Of a stretch of 64,000 nucleotides of DNA, positions 38,831-50,874 are shown piece after piece. Below the pieces are notes generated by a model, which was given only the letters and a program-made list of their open reading frames with translations, made no database searches and had not been told where the DNA came from. The stretch is from Mobula hypostoma (lineage: Eukaryota). The translations under genes were made by a program, and so were the position numbers. The DNA lies in assembly GCF_963921235.1 (NCBI RefSeq), contig NC_086097.1, positions 55,182,001-55,246,000 of the forward strand, in the 5' to 3' direction. Position 1 is the stretch's first letter. Each line of letters begins with the position of its first letter.

Positions 38831-39645
38831 GACACCTGTTCCAATTATGCTTTATGAAGAAGCTAGTGAAACATAATACCTTTTTTCACCTTCTTAATAG
38901 GAACTTCCAATATTACATATCTAGATGGGGTTTCTAATGTAGAAAAATAATTGTGTGCATATCTATTCACAAATTGTTTATCTTCTGTCTTAGAATCAAA
39001 TGGTTAAAGAATTGCCGCCTTTTAAAATATGCCTTTTTAAATACAATAAATCTTTGTTCAGTATTTCTGGGCTGCTATTAATAGTGAAGTACCTATATTA
39101 AGTTAAATCGATGTGAATCAGACATTGTACCCCAAGTATGTTTAAAAATGAACTGTTATTAATGTGCAAATCAGCTAACAATTTATAATTTTGGGGCAGG
39201 GAGAGGGTAAGGGAAAGAGAGCTGCAACCAAAAGGGTAACTGAAGTACAAATTTTTTTTCGCTAGTTTGCACTATTTCAGAACTAGCTTTGCAAAAGTAG
39301 TATCTCTCCATTAACATTATTAAAGTTGCGAGTACTGCATCTGTACTTTGTTTTCTCTAAACTTAATATGTCCACTTAAATCTAGTAATTAAGAATACAA
39401 AAGTGTCAGTTGACTTGAATTTCTCAAGAGTACTAACAATTGAATATTGAGTCCCAGGTGGGACATAGAACATGGACAAGAGCATGGAAGTCATGGTACA
39501 GATTTTTTTTTTTGTTGGGCACTGGGTGGAGTACTGTGTGGAGCTTTGTTTGTGATACTATAAGAGGGAATGTGATTGCACTGGTGAAGGTGAAGAGGAG
39601 ATTTACCAGGATGTTGCCTGGGATGAATGCTGTAGAATAGATCTA

Positions 39646-40432
39646 CAGTGGATTCATTTAATTGAGACACATTGTGACCAGTATATTTTGGCCTAATTAA
39701 GCGGCTGCCCTAATTAGCTGAAGTTTCATGGAAATCGTTAAAATATAAAAGACAAATTAAGTAACAAGTAATGTATTTAAAAGAAATACAGAACAAATTA
39801 GAACACTACCAATACTATAAAACTGTGATGGTTCCTAATAGTTAACTATGGAGGAATTCATTCAGTGTGCTGCTAAGTTCTTTTGATTGAGTGTAAATGA
39901 GCAAATCAGCATAGACACCTAGTACAAATAATGGACTGCCCTCTACAATGTTTTTGATGATTGCATCCTCCTAATCTTCATTTTTATTGTAAGATTCAAG
40001 ATGAGTGTTGATGCCTTAAATTCTTTGTACTTCCTATCTTGTTGAATTAGTGGAATAGTTTCATTTTCACTCCCGGTCGCTTAGGGCATCGCCAAGCCTG
40101 GATACTTGAAACCACAGTGAACAAAATAGTTCTGAATTGTCTTGCTGCTTATTTCTTGCCAACTATCAGTGACAAAAATCACCGCTTTTGAAACGCAAAT
40201 GCATGCAACTGATGCTATTTTAAAACTGTTTGCTCTAAGCATGGTGTAGTGTTTAACGGCCACACAAGTGCACGCGACTAATGTTAGTTAGGAACTTCAG
40301 CCGTCTTCCATCCCAGTTAGCAGCATTGTGTCCCAAATAAACAAACGGAATCCTGGCTATTTTCTCAGTTAGTTTTTGTTCTTTGACAGTTGTCCCAACT
40401 AAGCGGCTGCCCGATTAACCAGAATTTCTCTG
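39646..40432 (-). mobile_element. Tigger/pogo-derived non-autonomous element, copy 1
   Basis: TA|CAGTGGATTC...GAATTTCTCTG|TA; remnant DSWQEISSKTIQNYFVHCGF resembles a pogo-type transposase C-terminus. Confidence 0.8.
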
Positions 40433-40636
40433 TACTGGATTTGTTGTCCTTGGGGTAGAAAAGACTGAGGGAAAAACCTGATGGAAGTATACAAAAGTAT
40501 GAGCGGCACGGAGACTGAGAAATTTCTCTCCATAATGAAGGCTGTTGAAAGTGAAATGCCTAGGTTTGAGGTGAGAAATAAGGGAGTTAGAGGGATCTGA
40601 GGAAGTTTTTTCCACCCAGAGGTGGTTGGAATCTAG

Positions 40637-43170
40637 AAACAGAAAACCTACAGCACAATACAGGCCCTTCGGCCCACAATGCTGAGCCGAACATGTACCT
40701 TAGAAATTACTTAGGGTTACCCATAGCCCTCTATTTTTTTCTAAGCTCCATGTACCTATCCAGGAGTCTCTTAAAAGACCCTATCATATCTGCCTCCACC
40801 ACCGCTGCCGGCAGCCCATTCCGCACACTTGCCAGTATCTGTGAAGGGAAAAGAAAACCTTATCCCTGACATCTCTTCTGTACCTACTTCAAAGCACCTT
40901 AAAACCATATCAGCCCTGGGAAGAAGCCTCTCACTATCCACATGATCATTGCCTCTCATCATCTTATACACCTCAACCACATCACCTCTCATCATCCGTT
41001 GCTCCAAGGAGAAAAGACTGAGTTCACTCAACCTTTTCTCATAAGGCATGCTCCCCAATCCAGGCAACATCCTTGTAAATCTCCCCTGCACCCTTTCTAT
41101 AGTTTCCACAACCTTCCTGTAGTGAGGTGACCAGAACTGAGCACAGTACTCCAAGTGGGGTCTGACCAGGGTCCTATATACAGTGGCATGCAAAAGTTTG
41201 GGCACCCCTGGTCAAGATTTCTGTGATTGTGAATAACTAAGCGAGTAAAAGATGCCCTGATTTCCAAAAGGCACAAAGTTAAAGATGACACATTTCTTTA
41301 ATATTTTAAGCAAGATTACATTTTTTATTTCCACCTTTTACAGTTTCAAAATAACAAAAAAGGAAAAGGGCCCAAAACAAAAGTTTGGGCACCCTGCATG
41401 GTCAGTACTTAGTAACACCCCCTTTGGCAAGTATCACAGCTTGTAAATGCTTTCTGTAACTAGCTAAGAGTCTTTCAATTCTTGTTTGGGGGATTTTCAC
41501 TTATTCTTCCTTGCAAAAGGCTTCTAGTTCTGTGAGATTCTTGGACCGCATTGCACTGCATTTTTGAGGTCTATCCACAGATTCTCGATGATGTTTAGGT
41601 TGGGGGACTGTGAGGACCATGGCAAAACCTTCAGCTTGCGCCTCTTGAGGTAGTCCATTGTGGATTTTGAGGTGTGTTTAGGATCATTATCCTGTTGTAG
41701 AAACCATCCTCTTTTCATCTTCAGCTTTTTTACAGACAGTGTGATGTTTGCTTCCAGAATTTGCTGGTATTTAATTTTACTCATTCTTCCCTCTACCAGT
41801 GAAATGTTCCCCGTGCCACAGGCTGCAACACAAGCCCAAAGCATGATCGATCCACCCCAGTGATTAACAGTTGGAGAAGTGTTCTTTTCATGAAATTCTG
41901 CACCCTTTTTTCTCCAAACATACCTTTGCTCATTGCGGCCAAAAAGTTCTATTTTAACTTCATCAGTCCACAGGACTTGTTTCCAAAATGCATCAGGCTT
42001 GTTTAGGTGTTCCTTTGCAAACTTCTGACACTGAATTTTGTGGTGAGAACACAGGAAAGGTTTTCTTCTGATGACTCTTCCATGAAGGTCATATTTGTGC
42101 AGGTGTCGCTGCACAGTAGAACAGTGCACCACCACTCCAGAGTCTGCTAAATCTTCCTGAACGTAAATGGGGGTTTTGATTTGCCTTTCTAGCAATCCTG
42201 TGAGCAGTTCTCTGGGAAAGTTTTCTTGGTCTTCCAGACCTCAACTTGACCTCCACCATTCCTATTAACTGCCATTTCTTAATTACATTACGAACTGAGG
42301 AAACAGCTAACTGAAAACACTTTGCTATCTTCTTGTAGCTTTCTCCTGCTTTGTGGGCATCATTTATTTTAATTTTCAGAGTGCTAGGCAGCTGTTTAGA
42401 GGAGCCCGTGGCTGCTGATTGTTGGGACAAGGATTGAGGAGTCAGGGTATTTATAAAGCTTTGAAATTTGCATCACCTGGCCTTTCCTAACAGTGACTGT
42501 GAACAAGCCATAGCCCTAACAAGCTAATTAAGATCTGAGACCTTGGTAAAAGTTATCTGAGAGCTCAAATCTCTTGGGGTGTCCAAACCTTTGCATGGTG
42601 CTCCTTTCCTTTTTTCCACTCTGAAATTGCACAAAACAAAAATAATACACTAATCTTGCTTAAAATGTTGAAAAGAATGTTTCATCTTTAACTTTATGAC
42701 TTTTGGAGATCAGTTCATCTTCTACTCACTTAACTATTCACAGAAATGTTGACCATAGGTGCCCAAACTTTTGCATGCCACTGTAGCTGTAACATTACCT
42801 CTTGGCTCTTGAACTCAATCCCATGATTGATGAAGGCCAATGCACCGTATGCCTTCTTAACCACAAAGACAACCTGCACTGCAGCTTTTGAGTGTCCGAT
42901 GGGTATGCACCCCAAGATCCCTCTGATCCTCCACACTGCCAAGAGTCTTACCATTAATACTATATTCTGCCATCATATTTGACCTACCAAAATGAACCAC
43001 GTCACACTTACCTGGATTGAACTCCATCTGCCACTTCTCAGCCCAGTTTTGCATCCTATCAATGTCCCGCTGTAACCTCTGACAGCCCTCCACACTTTCC
43101 ACAACACCCCCAACCTTTGTGTCATCAGCAAATGTACTAACCCATCCCTCCTCTTCCTCATCCAGCTCAT
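40637..43170 (-). mobile_element. CR1 LINE 3' portion, interrupted by Tc1 copy 2
   Basis: ORFs 42857-43102 (WAEKWQMEFNPGKC) and 40771-41205 (TLVRPHLEYCAQFWSP). Confidence 0.88.
41181..42783 (-). mobile_element. Tc1 (DD34E, IR/DR type) transposon, full length, frameshifted; copy 2
   Basis: TA|CAGTGGCATGCAAAAGTTTGGGCACC ... GGTGCCCAAACTTTTGCATGCCACTG|TA; ORFs 42089-42430 (GRPRK) and 41524-42195 (VLWTDE, QQDNDPKH, SPNLNIIENLW). Confidence 0.95.
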
Positions 43171-43587
43171 TCAGAATGTAGTTGTGAAAAGATGGTGTAG
43201 CTGAGTCAACAGTTTAAAGGGTATTTGGTAGACACTTAGATCACCATAGCATAGAAGTCTTCAGACCAAGTGCTGGTAAATGAGATTGGTTTCGTTGCAT
43301 ACTTTTTGAGGTGAGCATTGTTATGGGGAGCTAAAGGGTCTATTTTGGTGCTGTATGACTGACTGGTGTATTTGTTAGTTTGTTAAAAATGCATCTTATT
43401 CAGCTTGTTAATGTTGTTGAGATTCTTGGTTTAAAAATTTATAAAATATATTTAGATTTCATTTCAATATTACTCATTGTTAGCACCAGGATATTGTAAT
43501 TTTAACAGTATTCTAGTTTTAATTTTCTGGTCTCAAGATACTGTACTTAAATGTATATTCTACAAATTTTGTATATTACATTTTTAG

Positions 43588-43628
43588 GATTCAATAAAAG
43601 CCAATCAGAATGAAGAATCTCAAATTAT
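43588..43628 (+). CDS. KTN1: Kinectin exon 21/33 (module 6b): DSIKANQNEESQI
   Basis: ttttag/gtaagt; 41 nt, phase 0-2. Confidence 0.85.
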
Positions 43629-43706
43629 GTAAGTATACTTGATAATTGTTTAAAATTATTCTGTAAATGTAATCAGTAGGTTTTCTGACTTCCATTTTAC
43701 TTGCAG

Positions 43707-43797
43707 ACTTGAAACAAAAGAGGAAGAAATTAATAGCTTGAAGGCTACATTGACAGATAGTAGAGAAGCAGTTGCTTGCTATGTGACGCAATTGCAG
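43707..43797 (+). CDS. KTN1: Kinectin exon 22/33 (module 6c): LETKEEEINSLKATLTDSREAVACYVTQLQ
   Basis: cag/gtaatt; 91 nt, phase 2-0. Confidence 0.9.
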
Positions 43798-43891
43798 GTA
43801 ATTTTGTGACCTCTGTTCACTGCTATAACTCTAAATCTAAAGTTTGTAGTTCTAAATCTAAAAATTACTGCATTGATTGTTTTTGAAATAG

Positions 43892-43960
43892 GATCTTGAG
43901 CATCAAAATGCCTCACTGAAAATTCAGATTCAGCAGTTACATGATAAAAACAATGAACAG
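43892..43960 (+). CDS. KTN1: Kinectin exon 23/33 (module 7a): DLEHQNASLKIQIQQLHDKNNEQ
   Basis: ag/gtaaga; 69 nt, phase 0-0. Confidence 0.92.
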
Positions 43961-44329
43961 GTAAGATTACTTATAATAAGTACTACACGTGACTCTGACA
44001 TTATTTATTTCGATTGCAGAAATTCATCCTTGTAGAATTTGCAAATTACTGTCCAAAAATATAAGATGGAAAATAAAATTCACTACTATCATGGAATTTA
44101 TGTATGGAGATAAAATAAATAAATCAACACAATAATTATTTCCACATTTATGAGGGGCAGTGCACCTGTATTCAAGATTTTATTCAAGAGAAGAGCAAGA
44201 CAAATTAGGAAACCATACTAGTTCACATTACAGTTAACACTGGGAAGATGTTGGAAGAGCTTAGAAAATCATAAGATTATTAAGCAGGATTAATTTTTTT
44301 TAATTGATTTTTGCTAGAGTTCCTTTGAA

Positions 44330-45695
44330 AACCTAGGGTTCTGAAAGAGGTGGCTGGAGAGATTATTTGGAGGTATTAGTAGTGATCTTTCAAAAAACAC
44401 TAGGTTCTGGAATGGTTCTGGAGGGCTGGAAAATCATAAATGTTACTCCCCTCTTTTAGAAGGGATGGAGGAGAATAAATTATAGGTAACATGACCTCAG
44501 TGGTTGGGATGGTATTTATTATTAAGAATGAGATTTCAGGTATTTGGAGGCACTTTATTAAGAAAAGGCCTAAATCAGCATGGTTTCCTTGAGGGAGACT
44601 CTTGCCTGACAAATCTGTTTGAACTATTTAAGGAAATATCAGACAGGATAGACAAAGGTGAGTCAGTGAATGTTTTTACTTGGATTTTCCGAAGGCCTTT
44701 GATAAGGTGCCACACAATAAGCTGCTGAGTAAGATGAGGGCCCATGGCATTACAGGAAAGGTAACAGCATGGATAGAGGATTGGCTGACTGGCAGGAGGC
44801 AGAATGGGAATAAAGGGGGCCTATTCTGGTTGGCTTTTGGTGACTAGTGATGCTCCGTAAGGTCAGTGTTGGGACCCCTTCTTCTCCCGTTGTATGTCAA
44901 TGATATGGATGATGAAATTGGCTTTGTGGGCAAGCCTACTGACAATTTAAAGGTGGGTGATGGGCATTTTCTGTTGAGAAAGCAGGGAGTCTGTTGAAGG
45001 ATTTGGGTGGATTGGGAGAATGGGCAAAGAAGTGGCAAATGGAACGTAGTGTAGGGAACTGTATGGTCATTCACTTTGGTAGAAGAATTAAAGGTGTAAA
45101 ATATTTTCTAAACTGGGAGAAAATTCAAAAACCAGAAGTGCAAATGGACTTGGGAGTCCTCGTGCAAATTTTCCTAAAGGTTAATATGCAACTTGAGTCG
45201 GTGGTGAGGAAGGCAAAAACAATGTTAGCATTTATTTTGTGAGGACTAGAATATAAAAGGAAGGATGCAATGCTGAGGATTTACAAGGCATTGGTCAAAC
45301 TGTTGGAGTATTGTGAGCAATTTTGAAGCCGTCTTGTCGAAGAAAAGATGAGCTGAGTGATCTTGAGATTAATTTATGAGGAGTGTTTGATGGCTCTGGG
45401 CCTGTACTTGCTGTAGTTTAGAAGAATGGAGTGGGTTCTCATTGAAGTGGATGTGGAGGAGATGTTTCTTAGAGTGGGGGAGTCAATAAACTAGTGAGTG
45501 GAGCCTCAGAATAGAAGGACATCACTTTAGAACAGAGATGAGGAAGAACTACTTTAGCCGTAGGGCAGTGAATATGTGGAGTACAACGGACAGCTGTGGA
45601 GGCCAAGTCACTGGGTATATTTAAAGCGAAGGTCATTAAGTCTTCATTAGTAAGGGAACCAAAGGTTATAGGGAGAAGGCAGGAGTTTAAGTTAA
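44330..45695 (+). mobile_element. CR1 LINE, 5'-truncated, degenerate
   Basis: ORF remnants QHGFLEGDSCLTNL and WAKKWQME; reverse-complement similarity to 19464-20665. Confidence 0.8.
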
Positions 45696-45779
45696 TTGCC
45701 AGGAATCTTGCTACAATAATGACATGTATGCCTTGGATGTAATCTTGGATTTTTCATGTTTTTGATTCCCTTGATACAG

Positions 45780-45817
45780 GATGCTGCATTGGTGAAAAGT
45801 GAAGTACTGCTGAATGT
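45780..45817 (+). CDS. KTN1: Kinectin exon 24/33 (module 7b): DAALVKSEVLLN
   Basis: cag/gtaagt; 38 nt, phase 0-2; required to keep frame into 47116. Confidence 0.85.
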
Positions 45818-47115
45818 GTAAGTGAATAGGCAAATGATTAATTTTAGTGTTGTAGAATAGTTTATTTCCATGACAGTAACTTGGCAAGATCTCATAAAAA
45901 TCTGCCACCTCAGTAGACAATACTGCCTTTAAAACATTTATTGGCTCCTATAAAATTGTATTCTCCTAATATAACAACTTCAATGAACATTGCACATGTG
46001 GCATTGAATGATGTGATCAGATGCCAGGCACTGTTGTAAATGGATATATTTTAATATTCTCTTTGTCACTGAGGGATTTATTATTATAGCATACTTTCAT
46101 CATTCCCTTCTCTCCGAATACCCTGGTTTACAAAGCACTTTTACTTTTGGATTGAAAATCTCTTCTGATTGTTAAAGCTTCATCGGTGTTAAATTAACCC
46201 TGTAGAAGATGTGGCTGAAGCATAAAGTTGCCTTTACTGCAGTGTCAAAACACTGCTGTGAAGTGGCAAAATGCATAAGTTTCATCCATCAAAAAGGACC
46301 TACTTGCCCCTAGCAGTTGTCCTACCTGCTAAATGTTTTTACATTTTCTCTTGTAGATGAGAATAATTTTGGGTTAGTCTTGTGTTTATTCTTGAACAGT
46401 CCTGCACAGGATCTCAACCTAAAACTTCGATTGTTCCTCTGTCTTCATAGTTTTTCCAGCAGTTTGATTTTGTTCCAGATTACAGTATTTACAGTCTCTT
46501 AGTTTAAATTCATGTTCCTATAATATGCTCTTCCAAATGACATGTAAAATACTATATTAGTCTTGCCTTCTCAACATCATTAAATTATGTAACAGTGCTA
46601 CACAAATTATTTTATCTTTAAGCTGAAAAACTTGGATTTTATCTTTTCTTGACAACTGATAGTTGTGGTATAATAACCTAATCTGCTATTCAAGACATGA
46701 TTTGATTAATATAGTCATGCTGTTTTATTAGTGTTGTCTGGTAGGTGATTTTACTACCTACTCTTCAAATGTTCCCTGGTGTTAATGTCCTTCATGTTGT
46801 CCTAGGATGTAAATAAATGTAGCTTTGGGTCTTGGATTAATTACCAATGTTAATTAGATTTTTGGATATTGAAAACACATTGTGCTTCAGCAGTTGCTTT
46901 GTACTATAAAAGACACACAGAATGTAAAAAGTTCAACAGAGAAAGAAGGAAACTAAGAGTAGTTAACAATAGTTTTTTGTTGTTGTGTGGTTTTCAATCC
47001 ACCCAAGGTCCCATAAAGGAAATTGGAATTGAGATCCTCATGTAATGATTAAATATGTTGTCAAACAAATGTAAGCATTTACAAAGTTCTCTGCTTTTAT
47101 TTCTATTGTATCTAG

Positions 47116-47206
47116 CCTTTCAGAAAAAGATCAAGAAATTGATTCTTTACACCAACAGACTGAGTCACTAAAAGCAGCTGTTAATCATCAAAGGATAAAA
47201 AACAAT
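47116..47206 (+). CDS. KTN1: Kinectin exon 25/33 (module 7c): LSEKDQEIDSLHQQTESLKAAVNHQRIKNN
   Basis: ag/gtaagt; 91 nt, phase 2-0; matches kinectin SLK.AV.HQR.KNN. Confidence 0.93.
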
Positions 47207-47466
47207 GTAAGTAAAATTTAGTTAATATTTCATTGCAAGTTATTATTTCAACAGATGGCATTCCAAACTCAACTATCAAGGTTTTCAATAGGAAAAATTC
47301 AAAAGTACAAATATATTTAAACTTGAACAATTGCCTCTATAATTACGAAAGTTTTGATTAAGCTCATTATGGTTTTACCTTTTGAGAAAATAATAATGGA
47401 TTGTATTGATCTCTTGAAGGTCATAAAACAATTGAATATAGGATTCTAAGAATTGATTTTGAAATA

Positions 47467-48240
47467 CAGTGGATTCTGGTTAATTGGGCTATCAGTTAAT
47501 CAAACCAGCTGCTTATTTGGGACAACTCAAAGAACAAAAACTAATCAAGAAAATAGCCAGGATTCCCTTCATGTTGGACACTTAACTGGGATAGGAGACT
47601 ATTGCTGAATAGTTTCTAGCTAGCGTCAGTTGTGTGCAATTGTGTGGCAGTTAGACAACGCACCGTGCTTAGAGTGAACAGTTTTTAAATGGTGTTAGAT
47701 GTGTGTGTTTGTCTTCAAAAAAAGTGATTTTTGTCACTGATGGTGAGAAAAAACAGCAAGACAGTTCAGAACTGTTTTGCTCACTGTAGTTTCAAGCATT
47801 CAGGTTAGTAGATGCCAGAAATGGGCAGGAGTGAAAATGAAATTATTTCACTGCTTCAACTAGTAACTATGAAGAATTTAAAGGTTTGGGCAATCATCTT
47901 GAAAGTAACACTGAAAATAAAAGCATTGTATGAAGCAGTCCATTATCTACACTAAGTATCTGCAGTGAATTTTGTTCATTTACAGGCAATCAAAAGAACA
48001 CGACAACGTACAGGAAATAAATTCCTCTGTTATTAACTATTAGGAACCAATGTAGTTTTATAGTATTAGTAGTGTTCTAATGTGTCATGGCTTTCATTTA
48101 ATTACAGTAATTAATACTGAGTTTGCCTTTTTTGTATTTTTTTTTAACTATTTCCTTGAAACTTCGGCTATTGGGGGCAATCGATTAATTGAGCCAAAAT
48201 GTATTGTTCCAGATGTGTCCCAATTAACTGGAATCCACTT
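47467..48240 (+). mobile_element. Tigger/pogo-derived non-autonomous element, copy 2 (inverted relative to copy 1)
   Basis: TA|CAGTGGATTCTGGTTAATTGG ... CAATTAACTGGAATCCACTT|TA; reverse-complement homolog of 39646-40432. Confidence 0.8.
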
Positions 48241-48784
48241 TATTTGTGTTGTAGAAGGAAGTCTTGCAGGAGCTTGTTTTTCTTGAATAAGAAATTCTAT
48301 TATCCAAACACTTGTGATGTATGTATACAAATGTTCTAAGAAAAAGATTTCTCTAATGAAACAAATATGTAATTTCTTAAATCTTGATGTGAGAAAGTAG
48401 TTTTTTATTGGTAGTTAGTGCTTGCATGCCTTTATATTATGGAGATATGTTCTTGGCTGCCGATAGGATTTTTTTTTAAAGAGAAAGTCTCCAACAGTAG
48501 TTGCGCAAAATACAACTGCTGAACATACAGAAGGCTGCACTTCATGCTGATTTTTCAGTTTTGGCTTGAAAGATTTTTTCATGTGACTGCTCTTTGGAAC
48601 ATTACCTTTGGGTTTTAACAATTGTGCATTGAATATTATAGTTGCAATAAGGTTACCATTGTGTGTGACTTCAAAGTTTTATCTTCTGCTCTTTGCACCA
48701 AATCATCACAAAGAATATTGATTACATTGGGAATAAAGAGGATATTCAGTAGCCATGTATTGTCCTTGAGAAATTAGTAATCAT

Positions 48785-49255
48785 GATGTGATTGAACAAA
48801 AGCATCTACAAAAATTAGTGGATACAGCCCAGTCCATCATGGGTAAAACCCTTCCCACCATTAAGCACATCTACATAATGCTGTCGCAGGAGAGCAGTGT
48901 CCACCATCAAGGGCCCCCGCAATCTGGGCCATGCTCTATCCTTGCTTCTGCCATCAGGAACAGTTATTATCACTCAACCATCAGGTTCTTGAACCAGAGG
49001 GGATAACTTCACTCAACCCATCACCAAACTGTTCTGACAACCTATAGACTCAGTGTCAAGGACACATGACTTATTTCTATTATCTCTTTTTTTTCCCCTT
49101 TCTGTATTTGCACAGGCTGTTGTCTTTTGCACACTGGTTGGGAGCGGTCGTTCATTGAGTCTATTCTTTCTTGGATTTACTGTGAATGCCCACAAGAACA
49201 TTAATCTTGGGGTTGTATATGGTGACATGTATGTGCTTTGGTACATTTACTTTTT
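48785..49255 (+). mobile_element. Rex1/Babar- or L2-like LINE 3' end
   Basis: KHLQKLVDTAQSIMG..LP, RNSYYHSTIRFLN resemble the C-terminus of the element at 62195-62713. Confidence 0.6.
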
Positions 49256-49975
49256 GGTGAATTTACATCAGGAAATGAATAGTTTAAAAAGTGATTTTTT
49301 TTTTAACTATTCCCATGGTAATCACTGAAACAACTGTAATGTTTAATTTATCAGCGAAGATGTATGGAGAACTGGAAAGCAAATTAGTGAGATGGTTTTT
49401 CCCATCACTGTATTGTATCATTTAATGCATTCAGTGATTTCCCAAGTTTCATCAACTTATGGAAGTCCCAGTTTTACAATTCATCTTCCTTTAGTAAACC
49501 ATTCAGCTGGTTCCCGAAAAAGGCATTCAAGTTCCAATCTATTCTATAGTCTTTTGGTGGTACTTCCTTACTCAGTAACCATGGATGTTTCTCCTTTTCT
49601 TGAAATGCAACTGCAATGCTAGAAATGCATGGGTTAGTGAAAAAGAAAGATAGGTGAAATGTTGTTATGTAATTCTGGCATTTGCAGTTCAATGTTTTGT
49701 TTTCCTGTTCTGCACTACAGACCTATGTCATGTTGGATCTAACTAACATAATTGTGAAAACTGCTTTCTTCATTTTTTTGCTTTCTACAGTAGATGCAAA
49801 CTTTTGCTTCTCCCCAACCCCAACTTTTTCCTATTAAATGGAACAAAGTGCTTGATATGCATTTAAAGATTTGCACTTTAAATTCATAATTGTTAATCCC
49901 TTTTTTAAAATAAAAATTGAATAATTTAGAAAAAATATTGGCTGAACTGAAATAGTTCTTTCTAAAAATAATTAG

Positions 49976-50062
49976 GAACTTCGGGAGAAAAACTGGAAAG
50001 CAATGGAAGCATTGACATCCACTGAAAAAATGTTGCAGGACAAAGTGAACAAGACAGCCAAG
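49976..50062 (+). CDS. KTN1: Kinectin exon 26/33: ELREKNWKAMEALTSTEKMLQDKVNKTAK
   Basis: ag/gt; 87 nt, phase 0-0; highly conserved LREKNW.AMEAL motif. Confidence 0.96.
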
Positions 50063-50673
50063 GTTGTAATAATATGACATTTTTTTTTTACAGTAAATAA
50101 TTTCTGCTGCAGTCTGAAAATGGAAATAACTTTAAATTTAAGGCACTTAGCACCTAATCATTCTGCACTCTGCTTGTTGTGCTCCTTTCGTAGAACTTGA
50201 TTTAATACATGCATGCCTGTTTTGGTCTTTAAATTTCTGTAAAAGATCGTCTTGCGCTGTTTTTGCTTGCCATTCTTGTTTATTATCCTCAGAATTTATC
50301 TTTCCCTAATTTACTTGCTCTTCATCCTCTGTCTCTTTCAACCCCAACCCTATCCCCTGACTGCCAAATACACAGCCAACCTCCAGATTTAAACCCTGAT
50401 ATCTAACTGCTGTATGGAGGTGTATGAAGAAACTGCTGTGCTTTTTTCCCACATTTTCATTGCAAGAATGCCTTGTCAAAATCATTTCCCCAGTGCATTG
50501 TTGAGAGTAAAGGAATAATCAAAGGCCAGTCGAACCCTGTCCCTGAAGCAAAGCAAATTGGTATATCATTGTGCTGTGCCACTGCTTGCTTGCTTGTCAG
50601 CTAGCTACTTCATGGATAAAATTTAACCATCTTGTGTGTAACCCAAAATATGTTTGTTGATTTCTTGAAATAG

Positions 50674-50763
50674 GAGAGTAATCAGCAAGTGGTTGCTATT
50701 CAATCGCAAGCTCGAGATGTTCTCAAAAGACTTTTTCCCAGGGTGCTGGTGTCATCTTTCTTG
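50674..50763 (+). CDS. KTN1: Kinectin exon 27/33: ESNQQVVAIQSQARDVLKRLFPRVLVSSFL
   Basis: ag/gtaact; 90 nt, phase 0-0; VLK.LFP.V motif. Confidence 0.93.
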
Positions 50764-50874
50764 GTAACTATTCTTCATTTAACTGGTTTAAAGCTATTTA
50801 ACTGGTAAATTGACATGGGTGATTTTTATATCTGTGTTGATCTTTTAATGAAACTGTTAATTTGTAGTCATTCC

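Larger units (their letters stand above)
39480..43345 (+). mobile_element. Old CR1 3' end, broken into three pieces by nested insertions
   Basis: KVKRRFTRMLPGM at ~39580-39625, resumes 40435-40635 and 43172-43345. Confidence 0.6.
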
